Source: Bacillota bacterium | GTDB taxonomy: Bacteria > Bacillota > Sulfobacillia > JAJYWN01 | Direction of reading: 5' to 3' | DNA: 64,000 bases | Assembly (NCBI GenBank): GCA_021791495.1 | Contig: JAJYWN010000060.1 | Coordinates: forward strand, 141,591-205,590 | Part shown: piece after piece, positions 10,249 to 18,949 of the stretch | How positions within the stretch are numbered: position 1 is the stretch's first letter | Layout: the number at the start of each line of letters is the position of its first letter | Program-made: the position numbers and the translations under genes | Notes under the pieces: model-generated | Told to the model about the DNA's origin: nothing | Database searches by the model: none | The model's input: the letters and a program-made list of their open reading frames with translations, nothing else

Positions 10249-11022
10249 TTACCACATGCGGTCGTGAGCGTGATAGTAGCGGTGGTGGTGACCGTGACCG
10301 AGGTGGTGGCACTCATGATGATGGTGGTGGTGATGGTCGTGATGTTGGTGGTCGTCGTCGTGCTCGTGCCCGCAGACCGCATCTCCCGACTCCAGTGTTC
10401 CCGAGGCAAGTTTGGGAAGCACCTCATCCAACGATCCGGACACGCCCGAGATGATCTCCAGGCCGTTGGCCCGCAGAGCCTGCTGGGCCGGGCCACCGAT
10501 CCCGCCCACGACTACCACGGACACCTGATGGTCGCGCAAGAAACCGGCCAGAGTCCCGTGCTGGTGTGGTCCGGGGTTTGGGTAGTCCCGACGGCTGACG
10601 ACCGAGCCTCCGGCGATCTCGACGATGGCGAAACCCGGCGCCCGTCCGAAGTGCTGGGATACTTCGTTACCTTCTAAAGCGATAGCTGCGATCACTGGGT
10701 CATTCTCCTCCTTTTTTCTGGCCGGGGGCTCGACGAACTCGTAGTTGCCGCCCCCGATACGAATGGCTTTCCCCGTTACCAGGGCTGTAGCCACTTTGCC
10801 CCGGGCGGAGCTAACGATACGCTGGAAAGTGCTCTGGGCTACATTCATGCGCCGGGCGCAGGCCTCTTGATCGAGGCCGTCCATGTCGCTCAGGCGAAGG
10901 GCCTCCAACTCATCGACGCACAGGCATTCCTCCTCCAACTCCCGAAGAGGGGTACCGGCGGGTTTGTAGTAGGTCACTTCCGGTCGAAACGCCACGGACC
11001 TGGTCTTAGGCGGCCTTGGCAT
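10249..11022 (-). CDS. DUF134 HTH fused to NifB/NifX (FeMo-co-type) domain with His-rich tail
   Basis: MPRP...[13 protein letters not shown]...[18 protein letters not shown]...GGIG; C-terminal [21 protein letters not shown]. Confidence 0.88.
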   Translation of the reverse strand: MPRPPKTRSVAFRPEVTYYKPAGTPLRELEEECLCVDELEALRLSDMDGLDQEACARRMNVAQSTFQRIVSSARGKVATALVTGKAIRIGGGNYEFVEPPARKKEENDPVIAAIALEGNEVSQHFGRAPGFAIVEIAGGSVVSRRDYPNPGPHQHGTLAGFLRDHQVSVVVVGGIGGPAQQALRANGLEIISGVSGSLDEVLPKLASGTLESGDAVCGHEHDDDHQHHDHHHHHHHECHHLGHGHHHRYYHAHDRMW

Positions 11023-11047
11023 TCCTTCTGCGCACCTCGCGTTCCGG

Positions 11048-11096
11048 GTTATTATCGATAACTATTCTAGTGGGTTTTTGGGTATTTATCAATAAC
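11048..11096 (-). promoter_or_regulatory. Sigma-A-like promoter of the DUF134 gene with AT-rich repeated boxes
   Basis: TTGATA (11092-11087) - 17 bp - TAGAAT (11069-11064); flanking GTTATTGATAAATA and GTTATCGATAATAAC. Confidence 0.6.
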
Positions 11097-11105
11097 AGTT
11101 TTCTC

Positions 11106-11924
11106 CTACAGCCTCAAGTCTCTTCGTCTGAAGATCAGCACTGCCGCAGTCAGGAAGACGATGGTCGTGGCGGCCAAGATCGCGGCATGCTCCCAGACCC
11201 CGGACGCCGACTCCACGAGTTTGGCCGGGTCGTAGTGCCCAAAGATAGTCCAGGCCGTGAGCGCGTTCTCCCGGCCCGAAGCCCGGAGCGCCACCGTCAG
11301 GACATACAGGGCTGTGGATACTCCCAAACCCGTGAAAAGGGTTCGGGTGTAGTCTGGCACAAACACGGAGATGAGCAGGAGCAGCGCGGCAACGGCCATG
11401 ACGGCGAGCCAGGCCACCGAAACCGTGCGCAGCGCCACCCAGGCGGGGAACTCCTCGCCGATGCTGGCGATGCCCACCCAGGCCCCGCCGAAGACGACCA
11501 GGTGCAGGATGGCCAGGTTCAGTGCCAACCCGACGAAGCGGGTGAGCACCAGGCGGGCTCGGCTGATGGGTTGGGCGAAGAGGAACTCGGCCGTGCCCCG
11601 CTCGATTTCCTTACTGATGATGCCCGCCACGACGATGGAAACGTAAATGGAGGCCAGCATCGGGAGATAGCTGAGCAGTTCCAGGCGGAGCCACCCCGCC
11701 ACCGTCCGGCTGGACAGTTCCCCACCCACTAGGGCTTTCAGGCCGGCCGGCATGTGGTTCAGATACTCCAGCAGGGGCTGCCAATCGTGCTCCGTGCTCT
11801 TGTAGAAGGCGGAGATGTAATAGGCGTAGGCCGCCAAGCCGACAGCCCAGCCCACCAGGGCGCCGCGCTCGGCCCGCCAGTAGTTCCGGAACACGGTCAG
11901 GGTCTTCATGAAGGTCAGCTTCAT
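11106..11924 (-). CDS. ABC-2 type exporter permease
   Basis: EIERGTAEFLFAQPISR motif, 6 TM helices, C-terminal FRRRDL; overlaps the ATPase stop. Confidence 0.9.
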   Translation of the reverse strand: MKLTFMKTLTVFRNYWRAERGALVGWAVGLAAYAYYISAFYKSTEHDWQPLLEYLNHMPAGLKALVGGELSSRTVAGWLRLELLSYLPMLASIYVSIVVAGIISKEIERGTAEFLFAQPISRARLVLTRFVGLALNLAILHLVVFGGAWVGIASIGEEFPAWVALRTVSVAWLAVMAVAALLLLISVFVPDYTRTLFTGLGVSTALYVLTVALRASGRENALTAWTIFGHYDPAKLVESASGVWEHAAILAATTIVFLTAAVLIFRRRDLRL

Positions 11925-12913
11925 CTCTGCTCACCTCCGACGCCAGCACCGGAATCGCCGCTGTAGAACTGCATGAACACCTCTTCCAGGGTCGGGTCCT
12001 CCACGCGCAGGTCCTGAAGAGAAGAGGAAGCCAGCCTCTCAAGGAGCGGACGGAGGTCGCCCGTCACCTTCAAGGTGATCCAACCGCTCTGGGCGGCGCC
12101 GCCGGCGTGGTCACGAACCCCGGCTGCCGGCCCCGACCCGTTTTCCACCAAGCGTACGCCGGGGATGGTCAAGAAATTGGGCCGGCCGCCGGAACCGGGC
12201 TCACCTCCTCCGGAGCCCGCAGCCGTGCCAAACCGGGCAGTGACCGTCTTGAAGTGCATTCCGCGCAGGGACGACACCTCGTCGACCTTGACGACCACCC
12301 CTTCGCGGATAATAGCCACACGGTTGCACAAGGATTCGACCTCGGCCAGGTTATGAGACGACAGGAAGACGGTCTTCCCACGCGCCGTCTCCTCGCGCAG
12401 CAGGTCGGCCAGCACATGCTGTACCAGAGGGTCTAGACCGGTGCTGGGCTCGTCCAGGACCAACAGTTCGGGGTCGTGGGCCAGGGTGGCGACGATGGCG
12501 ATCTTCTGCCGCATTCCCCTGGAGCACTGTTTCACTCGGAGGCCAAGGTCAACTCCGAGTCGGCCGGCCAGGGAGCGGGCCCGCGAGCGGTCGCGTAGCC
12601 CCCGGGTGGCGAGGACGAAGTCCACCAGGTCCCAGCCGCGCAGATGGGGGTACAAACTGGCGTCGCTGGGGAGGTACCCGGTCCGGGCTCGGATGGCCAG
12701 CGTATCCCGGTCGACGTTCAGACCGAAGACGTGGGCGGTGCCGCCGGTCCGGAGCAACATCCCCAGGAGGAGGCGGATGGTCGTTGTCTTGCCGGCACCG
12801 TTGGGGCCCAGGAAACCGAAGATCTCGCCCTTTTCCACGGTAAGGGTCACATCCTCAATACCACGCTGGCGCCCATAGCTCTTGCTCAGCTTGACGGTCG
12901 CTATGACTGCCAT
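11921..12913 (-). CDS. ABC-2 type exporter ATP-binding protein
   Basis: GPNGAGKTT, SRGMRQK, LDEPSTGLDP, SSH; ATG 12913 preceded by GGAGGAGG. Confidence 0.93.
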   Translation of the reverse strand: MAVIATVKLSKSYGRQRGIEDVTLTVEKGEIFGFLGPNGAGKTTTIRLLLGMLLRTGGTAHVFGLNVDRDTLAIRARTGYLPSDASLYPHLRGWDLVDFVLATRGLRDRSRARSLAGRLGVDLGLRVKQCSRGMRQKIAIVATLAHDPELLVLDEPSTGLDPLVQHVLADLLREETARGKTVFLSSHNLAEVESLCNRVAIIREGVVVKVDEVSSLRGMHFKTVTARFGTAAGSGGGEPGSGGRPNFLTIPGVRLVENGSGPAAGVRDHAGGAAQSGWITLKVTGDLRPLLERLASSSLQDLRVEDPTLEEVFMQFYSGDSGAGVGGEQR

Positions 12914-12931
12914 GGCTCTGACCTCCTCCTG

Positions 12932-12964
12932 AAACACAAACAAAAGGACCTCACAGGGAGGTCC
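12932..12964 (-). terminator. Intrinsic terminator (riboswitch expression platform)
   Basis: Minus strand GGACCTC-CCTGT-GAGGTCC followed by TTTTGTTTGTGTTT. Confidence 0.8.
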
Positions 12965-12993
12965 CTCACGCCCGTACTGCTTGAACCCGGGAG

Positions 12994-13152
12994 CCTCCGA
13001 TGATTGGGGTTTGGCACAGCACGACCTGGTCCTGAACTGCGGTCCTGCCACATTAGGTACGCCTTGCGGCGGTATCTGCTACACCCGTTGGAGTCTCTCG
13101 ACCTTTCCGGGCAGTGGCTTTAGCCAGTACTGGAGCCTCACTTAACAAGGGA
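12994..13152 (-). ncRNA. M-box (ykoK leader) Mg2+-sensing riboswitch
   Basis: Minus strand GTTAAGTGAGGCTCC...CTGCCCGGAAAGGTCGAGAGACTCCAACGGG...CAG...CGC-AAGG...TAATGTGGC...GTGCCAAA follows the remembered B. subtilis ykoK aptamer pattern; promoter upstream and terminator downstream. Confidence 0.85.
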
Positions 13153-13184
13153 GCGGTATTCTGTTTTGCTTCCAGTGTCTGGAC

Positions 13185-13214
13185 ATTATACGAGGGTCCG
13201 CGGGCGAAGTTCCA
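13185..13214 (-). promoter_or_regulatory. Promoter of the M-box leader
   Basis: Perfect TATAAT at 13190-13185 about 30 nt upstream of the aptamer; weak -35 (TGGAAC) 18 bp upstream. Confidence 0.6.
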
Positions 13215-13367
13215 TAGGGTCTCGACTCTATTGCGTTTCCGCACCATCAGGGCGTCTACGCTACTTCCCTTGTGCCTGCCGTCAATCCATCAGCCCCGAC
13301 AAGGAAGCTAATTCCACTCCTGGAAAGGGATTCTCTTTGGTTCTCCCCTAATCTTTATCGGGAGGGC

Positions 13368-13399
13368 TTGACCTTCCCCTTAGGGCAAGGCTTTACGAT
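13368..13399 (+). promoter_or_regulatory. MerR-type promoter/operator
   Basis: TTGACC - 20 bp - TACGAT with dyad CCTT-C-CCC...GGG-C-AAGG in the spacer, directly upstream of the merR-family gene. Confidence 0.8.
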
Positions 13400-13432
13400 G
13401 ATGGCGGATGCGGAAGGAGGCGCCGGTTAGAA

Positions 13433-14233
13433 ATGTACACGGTCGGTCAGATGGCGCGGATCTGCAATGTCTCCACGAAGACCCTCCGCCACTACGACGA
13501 AATCGGCCTGTTCCGGCCGGCCGCCGTGGGGGCGGACAACCAGTACCGGTATTACACGCACGAGCAGATCCCCGTGATCCGGAAAGTCCTGTTCCTGCGC
13601 GATCTCGGAGTACCCTTGGATGACGCCAAGGGGTTGATCGAGGACGGCTCTATGGATGATCCGGCACGGCTGGCCGCTTTCCTCCAGGAACGGGCCGGTG
13701 TGGTGCGTGGCGAGATCGACTCCCGGCTGCATCTCCTTTCGCGCATCGAACAAGCCACCGCCCAGTTGGGGCGGGAGAAGGAGTGGATGAGGGTGGAACA
13801 GCAAGCGGTTACCTTGAAAGACCTTCCCGAAGTGCAAGTCGTCGGGGTCCGGAAGACGATCCCCATCGGCGAGATCGGCGGGCTGTTCGGGCAGGCGGCG
13901 AGACAGATGCGGTCGCGGCCGGCGGGGCCGCCCATGACCCTTTACTATGACCAGGATTTCGACCCGGAGAAGGCCGATGTCGAAGTCCTGTTCCCGGTAG
14001 TGGCGCGTGGGCAGCGTACGCTTCCGGCCACCAAAGTGGTGTCTACCGTTCACGTCGGTCCTTACGACCGAATCAGCGGGAGCTACGCCGCCATCTTCGA
14101 CTGGGTGAACCGTAACGGCTGGCGGCAAGCTGGGCCGCCGCGCGAGATCTACTTGGTGGGACCGGAGTCCAAAAAGCGCCCGGAAGAGTACGCTACGGAG
14201 ATACAGATTCCGGTCGAGTCCTCTGACAGGTGA
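13433..14233 (+). CDS. MerR-family regulator with GyrI-like effector domain (BmrR-like)
   Basis: YTVGQMA...TLRHYDEIGLF.P...NQYRYY; HVGPYDRI...REIYL...TEIQIPV. Confidence 0.93.
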   Translation: MYTVGQMARICNVSTKTLRHYDEIGLFRPAAVGADNQYRYYTHEQIPVIRKVLFLRDLGVPLDDAKGLIEDGSMDDPARLAAFLQERAGVVRGEIDSRLHLLSRIEQATAQLGREKEWMRVEQQAVTLKDLPEVQVVGVRKTIPIGEIGGLFGQAARQMRSRPAGPPMTLYYDQDFDPEKADVEVLFPVVARGQRTLPATKVVSTVHVGPYDRISGSYAAIFDWVNRNGWRQAGPPREIYLVGPESKKRPEEYATEIQIPVESSDR

Positions 14234-14296
14234 GCGGACGGCGGGCGAGCCGAATTCGTTCGGCAAGCATAACGACGTGTGAGTGGTCATCTGTAC

Positions 14297-14323
14297 GGGA
14301 GGGGGGCGCCGCGCCCCCCTCCC
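14297..14323. terminator. GC-rich hairpin, possible terminator
   Basis: GGGAGGGGG(G)CG-CCG-CGCCCCCTCCC; no clear U tract. Confidence 0.4.
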
Positions 14324-14464
14324 TGTGTGAGTGAGTAGCCGCGCCACTCTTGGGACACGAGTGGGATGTTGATTCCTGGCAAATTCCTGGAAGGTCTCTG
14401 TCCAGTGGGGGAGAATTGAAGTATGTTCTGGACATAGCGTTATCGCTCGAAGGAAGGCTAGTAC

Positions 14465-15805
14465 ATGATCACGGTGGAGTCAGGTAGAAGCGCACGGGGG
14501 TGGCTCCCGCGCATCGCCGCCGGTGCCGTTTGGCTTCTGCCCCTGGCCGCCCTCTATGCAGTGGCTCGGGTTAGCTATCTCCTTTTTCACATCTCCGCGG
14601 AGATCTTTGCGATCCTGGTGGCCATACTCATCCACATCCTGGCCACGCGCACGTACAAGCACTCCAACAGTGACTTCCTCCTGTTTTTGGGACTGTCGTA
14701 CATCTGCATCGCCTTCCTCGACTTTGCCCACACCCTTACCTATAGCGGGATGAACGTCATCGCCGTCGACTCGCCCAACGTCCCCACGCAGCTGTGGATC
14801 GCCGCCCGATCCCTTCAAGCGGCGGTTCTGCTGGCAGCCACGTTCGTCATGCGACACCGCGTCCGACGCGGTCCGGCGTTGGTCGTGCTGAGCCTGGTTA
14901 CCTTGGGCCTCGGCCTCTCCATCCTGGTCTTCCGGAACTTCCCGACCTGTTACGTGGTGGGTAAGGGACTGACGCCCTTCAAGGTGACGGCCGAAGGTGT
15001 CATCATGGTCGCGATGGCGGCGGCCATGCTCCGCCTCAGAGGGCAGAAGGTGGCTCTGGGTGAGTCGCTGTACGGAGCAATGATGGTCTCCACGGGACTG
15101 GCCATCCTATCCGAATTGGCCTTCACCTTTTATGTGGACGTCTACGGCATACTTAACTTCATTGGGCATGTTCTAAGGATCCTGTCGTCTTTCGTGCTCC
15201 TTTCGGAGGTTGTGGTCCGTGGTATTGACCTGCCGTACCAGACCATCTCCGACGAGTTGAAAGTCGCTTCGACCACGGATTACCTCACCGGCCTTCTGAA
15301 CCGACGTGGGTTCATGGAACTGGCGGCGCGGCGCGTGGACCTGGCCCGGCGCCAGATGAAGGCCGCCGGCCTCCTGCTAATCGATCTGGACGATTTCAAG
15401 GGGGTGAACGATACACTGGGCCACGCTCGCGGGGATGCCGTGTTACGCGGGTTTGCCGACGTCCTCCGGAACTGCGTGCGTGAGTCGGACCTTCTGTCAA
15501 GGCTGGGCGGGGACGAGTTCGTGGTACTGGCAATCACCGATGCGGCCGGAGCGGGGTTAGTGGTCGAACGCCTGAGGGCGGCGGTGGGCGAATGGCAGAG
15601 GGCTGACGACGCCGCGGCCCTCACCAACCTCAGCATAGGTACGGCTGTGTGGGAGGCGGCGCCGGCCGGCGCGATGGAGGCCGAGCTGGACGTGGCACCG
15701 GATGCAGAAGCAAAGGCAGTGGTCGAACGCCTGCTGAAGGCCGCCGATGATCACATGTATCTGGAGAAAAGAGCAAAGCCGGATGTCATCGCCGCGGGCC
15801 GGTGA
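14465..15805 (+). CDS. Diguanylate cyclase with MASE3-like membrane sensor
   Basis: YLLFHISAEIF...DFAHTLTY.GM...QLWIAAR (MASE3-like); DLDDFKGVNDTLGH, RESD I-site, RLGGDEF. Confidence 0.9.
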   Translation: MITVESGRSARGWLPRIAAGAVWLLPLAALYAVARVSYLLFHISAEIFAILVAILIHILATRTYKHSNSDFLLFLGLSYICIAFLDFAHTLTYSGMNVIAVDSPNVPTQLWIAARSLQAAVLLAATFVMRHRVRRGPALVVLSLVTLGLGLSILVFRNFPTCYVVGKGLTPFKVTAEGVIMVAMAAAMLRLRGQKVALGESLYGAMMVSTGLAILSELAFTFYVDVYGILNFIGHVLRILSSFVLLSEVVVRGIDLPYQTISDELKVASTTDYLTGLLNRRGFMELAARRVDLARRQMKAAGLLLIDLDDFKGVNDTLGHARGDAVLRGFADVLRNCVRESDLLSRLGGDEFVVLAITDAAGAGLVVERLRAAVGEWQRADDAAALTNLSIGTAVWEAAPAGAMEAELDVAPDAEAKAVVERLLKAADDHMYLEKRAKPDVIAAGR

Positions 15806-16508
15806 TCTCTTTCTCAACCACTCCCTCACTCACTCCCTCACTCATTCTCTCTCCCACTCTCTCTCCCACTCTCTCTCCCACTCTCTCTCCCACGTCCTAT
15901 GGGTTGGCGGGTCACCCTGCGCCGGCAAGACTTCGGTCGCCGGTGAACTGGGCCGACGGCATGGAGTGCACCTGTACAGCGCCGACGACCACCTGGCGGA
16001 TCACGCCCGGCAGGCCGACCCAGGGAGGCAGCCGTCGCTGCACTCCTTCATGAACCCGGACTGGGACCAGTTCTTGGTCCGGCGTTCCGTTCCCGAGCAA
16101 GTGGAAGAACTACTCGGCGCTTACCGCGAGGAGTGGCCCTACATCGTCCGGGATCTCTTGGCCATGCCCACCGATCACTTGATCCTGGCTGAGGGGGTGG
16201 CTCTTTTGCCCGAACTGGTCACTGCCGTCATCCGCCGACCGAGCCAGGCCCTTTGGATGGTCCCCACCAGCGAATTCGTGCACGACACCTACCCCGCGCG
16301 GCGCTCAGCACTGGTCCGAGACGTGGTGGGGCAGTGCAGTGATCCTGCTTTGGCTTTTGAGAACTGGATGGACCGCGACATGGAGTTCGGATGTCGAGTG
16401 GCGGAGGAAGCCACCAGGCGCGGGCTTCGGGTCATCGTAGTGGACGGAGTCCTCACCATCGAGGAGTTGACGCGGACCGTGGAAACCCATTTCGGGTTGG
16501 ACATATGA
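15783..16508 (+). CDS. P-loop kinase-like protein with N-terminal HSL[T/S] repeats
   Basis: WVGGSPCAGKT Walker A, ILAEG; ORF open from 15747. Confidence 0.75.
   Translation: MSSPRAGDLFLNHSLTHSLTHSLSHSLSHSLSHSLSHVLWVGGSPCAGKTSVAGELGRRHGVHLYSADDHLADHARQADPGRQPSLHSFMNPDWDQFLVRRSVPEQVEELLGAYREEWPYIVRDLLAMPTDHLILAEGVALLPELVTAVIRRPSQALWMVPTSEFVHDTYPARRSALVRDVVGQCSDPALAFENWMDRDMEFGCRVAEEATRRGLRVIVVDGVLTIEELTRTVETHFGLDI
15819..15893. repeat. In-frame 12-bp tandem repeat x6 (HSLT/HSLS)
   Basis: cactccctcact x2, then cattctctctcc and cactctctctcc x3. Confidence 0.9.
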
Positions 16509-16541
16509 CCGGGCACTCCGTGGCGCGAAGCGGTCGAGTGC

Positions 16542-17780
16542 TTAGGCTCTACGCGAGTCGGTCGTCCCTTCGGCCTGGCCCGTCTCCATGGTCTCGGTGA
16601 TAGTGATGCCCCTTTTCCGCAGTTCGTCCAGGAAGCGGCGGGGCGGGATGTCCCGCACCGCTTGGAGCAGCCCCCGCCCCTTAATCTCGCCGCGGGCCAG
16701 CATTTGGGCGCAGATGCTGACCGAGAAGCCGACCGTCCGGTTCATGGCCATGAAGCCGGTCGCCAGGTCACGGCTGTCCACCAGGTCGAAAGTGAGGCGC
16801 GCCGGCTCCCCACCCTTGACGCCGCCGACGATGGTCCGCATCACGACCATATCGCGTTCCTGCGGGCCGTACTGGAGCCGGGGCCCAAGGTGATGGACCA
16901 TGAATTCGTGGGGCGTTACCCCGCCACCCAACCCCGGCACGGGTTCGTCACTAAGAAAGCCCAGGTCGTAGAAGGTCTTCCACAGGTAGCTGTGGCCGGG
17001 CCAGCGCAGGGTCGAGCGAGTGGTGTTCCTCAGCGCGCGTGCCACGCCCAGTTGTTCGGCGAATTCCATGGCATCGCCGTTCAGGATGCTCTCCAGCTTC
17101 CCCACGCCGGGGATGATGGTGGTGGCCACCCAGCCTGGTGCGTGCTGGTCCTTCGGGTCGACGGTGATGACCTCCCCGTCGCGCATCATGACCGCCGGTC
17201 GCTTGTAGGAGAGCAGCACTCCGTTCCAGGTCCAGGAGATCTTATATTTCAAGGGGTTGTCGATGGCCGCCGGTTCTGGGATGCCACCGCACATGGAATG
17301 CAGCTCGTGGACCTCATCCAACTGGCTGCACCCGTACCGGCACAGCACCAGGTCGATGCCGGGGTCCAGTCCGGCCTCGGGCAGGAAAGCGATGCCTCGC
17401 TCCACCGCCTTCGCGTGGAACCAGTCCGGCACCTGGTGGCCGTACATGGTGTTCACCACATTGACGCCGGCCTCCAGGGCGGCGGCGCAAACGTTCGGCA
17501 GATACCGGACGGGCAGGACGTCGATGACTACGTCGAAAGCGCTGGCAGTGCTCGAGCTACCGGCGACACAACCTTTCATCAAGGAGGTCAGAGCGGCCGT
17601 ATCAGAGGCGTCCACCTTGGCGAAGAATATCTTGGAGGCGTCCATCAGGTGGAGGTAGGGCTTTAAGGCGTCCGGATTCTGGTCGGCGCATACGATTCGC
17701 TCTACGCTGAAGCTCTTCGACAGGTCGTAGATGGCGGCTTTCCCCTGGAGCCCGGCGCCGCCCAGGACAAGAACGTTCAT
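16542..17780 (-). CDS. Saccharopine dehydrogenase / lysine 6-dehydrogenase family protein
   Basis: VLGGAGLQG, EAGLDPG, CGGIP, YKISW, TLRWPGH, AMNRTVG; ATG 17780 after AAGGGGG. Confidence 0.9.
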   Translation of the reverse strand: MNVLVLGGAGLQGKAAIYDLSKSFSVERIVCADQNPDALKPYLHLMDASKIFFAKVDASDTAALTSLMKGCVAGSSSTASAFDVVIDVLPVRYLPNVCAAALEAGVNVVNTMYGHQVPDWFHAKAVERGIAFLPEAGLDPGIDLVLCRYGCSQLDEVHELHSMCGGIPEPAAIDNPLKYKISWTWNGVLLSYKRPAVMMRDGEVITVDPKDQHAPGWVATTIIPGVGKLESILNGDAMEFAEQLGVARALRNTTRSTLRWPGHSYLWKTFYDLGFLSDEPVPGLGGGVTPHEFMVHHLGPRLQYGPQERDMVVMRTIVGGVKGGEPARLTFDLVDSRDLATGFMAMNRTVGFSVSICAQMLARGEIKGRGLLQAVRDIPPRRFLDELRKRGITITETMETGQAEGTTDSRRA

Positions 17781-17936
17781 GCCGATTTCCGCCCCCTTAA
17801 GACTGACCGACTTGGTTATCGGTTTCGGTATTCGGCAGTCCAACCCTCCCTCGGCCGGCCTTCTCCCCACAATCCTTGTAATCCCACCCCGCTTTTCGCG
17901 CGCCCGATCGCCGTGCCGGGAATGTGGTGGCCGAAG

Positions 17937-18100
17937 GTCGGAAAAGCGGATACTTGCCAAGGGTAAACCGTCCGGAAACCCGGACAGAATCGGTAGTTAT
18001 GTAAACTCGTTTCGCCTCCGAGGGGTCTATTCCCGCGATGGGGAAGGGAACTGTCCGGCTTTCCGACGTTTGGATACACATGAGTGTCCGAAAAACCGAC
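17937..18100. promoter_or_regulatory. Four imperfect palindromic boxes RTCCG-N5/6-C(C/G)GAC, candidate regulator binding sites
   Basis: GTCGGAAAAGCGGAT 17937, GTCCGGAAACCCGGAC 17970, GTCCGGCTTTCCGAC 18053, GTCCGAAAAACCGAC 18086. Confidence 0.5.
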
Positions 18101-18293
18101 CTTTTGCCCCTGGACTTTGTGCCTTTTCAGTACAATGAGCCGGCCTCCGGCCATCCGCAAGTCAGAGGCTTCGTATCTATCAAGCCAAGTCCGCTCGGGG
18201 CGGCGGTCGACGGCAGGCGACGGCGGGCGGTGGAGGGGGGGCGGCGGAGGGGGACGGAGGGGGGCGGTTGGGGGGCGGTGGAGGTGATCGGCG

Positions 18294-18949
18294 GTGGCGA
18301 CAGGCATATCAATGGACGAAGCTGGCCTTTTAGCGCTCCTGCGTGAAGTCTTGGGGTCTCGGGTTCAGCTCGCTAGCTTAGACGTCAAGAAGAGAGCCGA
18401 GGACTACCTGGTCTTCACCGCGCACCTAAGCCGCTGTACGCCCGGCGAAGTCCTCGTCAAGGTGGCCGGACCGCGCGCCCCCCTTTCCTGCCCCTTCGAA
18501 CGGACGGCTGCCATCAGCCGTCTGGTCCGGCAAGCCGGAGTGCCCACCTTCGAGGTAGTCGCCGCCGACGAATCGATGGGCAGAACCTTCTGGTGGACCG
18601 GGGTCCGGATGGGCGTTGGAGGCTTTCTGGAATCGTGGACTTCGACAGCGCCTGGTTCGGGTGTGGCGAGTCAGACCTGGCCAGGCTGGAGATATGGAGA
18701 GGTCTGCTTCGCGGAGCGGGTGGCGGCGCGAGTGATAGCCTTGGCCCTGATGTGCCGGCAGCCGCGTTCTGGAGGGCGTACGAGTCGGTTCGGCATCTTC
18801 ATAGCGGTTATGCTGGGCGCCGACCCGTTTTCCAGCTACTCTGGTGCCTGGAGTACGCTGCGCCAACCCCGGAGCACCGAGCCGACACGGCCAAGGTCTG
18901 CGTGGAACTGGGGATTCCGGCTGTTACCTTTCCCAACCACTCCCGTTAG
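18294..18949 (+). pseudogene. APH/choline-kinase-like phosphotransferase with internal deletion and frameshift
   Basis: N-lobe (VLVKVAGP...FERTA...GVPTFEVVAADES) in frame 18294; C-lobe (QNLLVD...SGIVDFDSAWFG..ESDLARL) in another frame from ~18581; middle including HxD is missing. Confidence 0.75.

Noticed and set aside
12914..13051. N-terminal extensions from the ORF track (also 9983-10135, 17781-17960, 19498-20049, 28462-28863, 59822-59992)
   Set aside because: They overlap a riboswitch, promoters or other genes; better RBS-supported starts lie downstream
17780..18140. Lysine riboswitch or sigma54 promoter upstream of the saccharopine dehydrogenase-like gene
   Set aside because: No L-box consensus recognised; TTGGCAAGTATCCGC has 9-nt GG-GC spacing and CGGCACGGCGATCGG lacks the -12 GC
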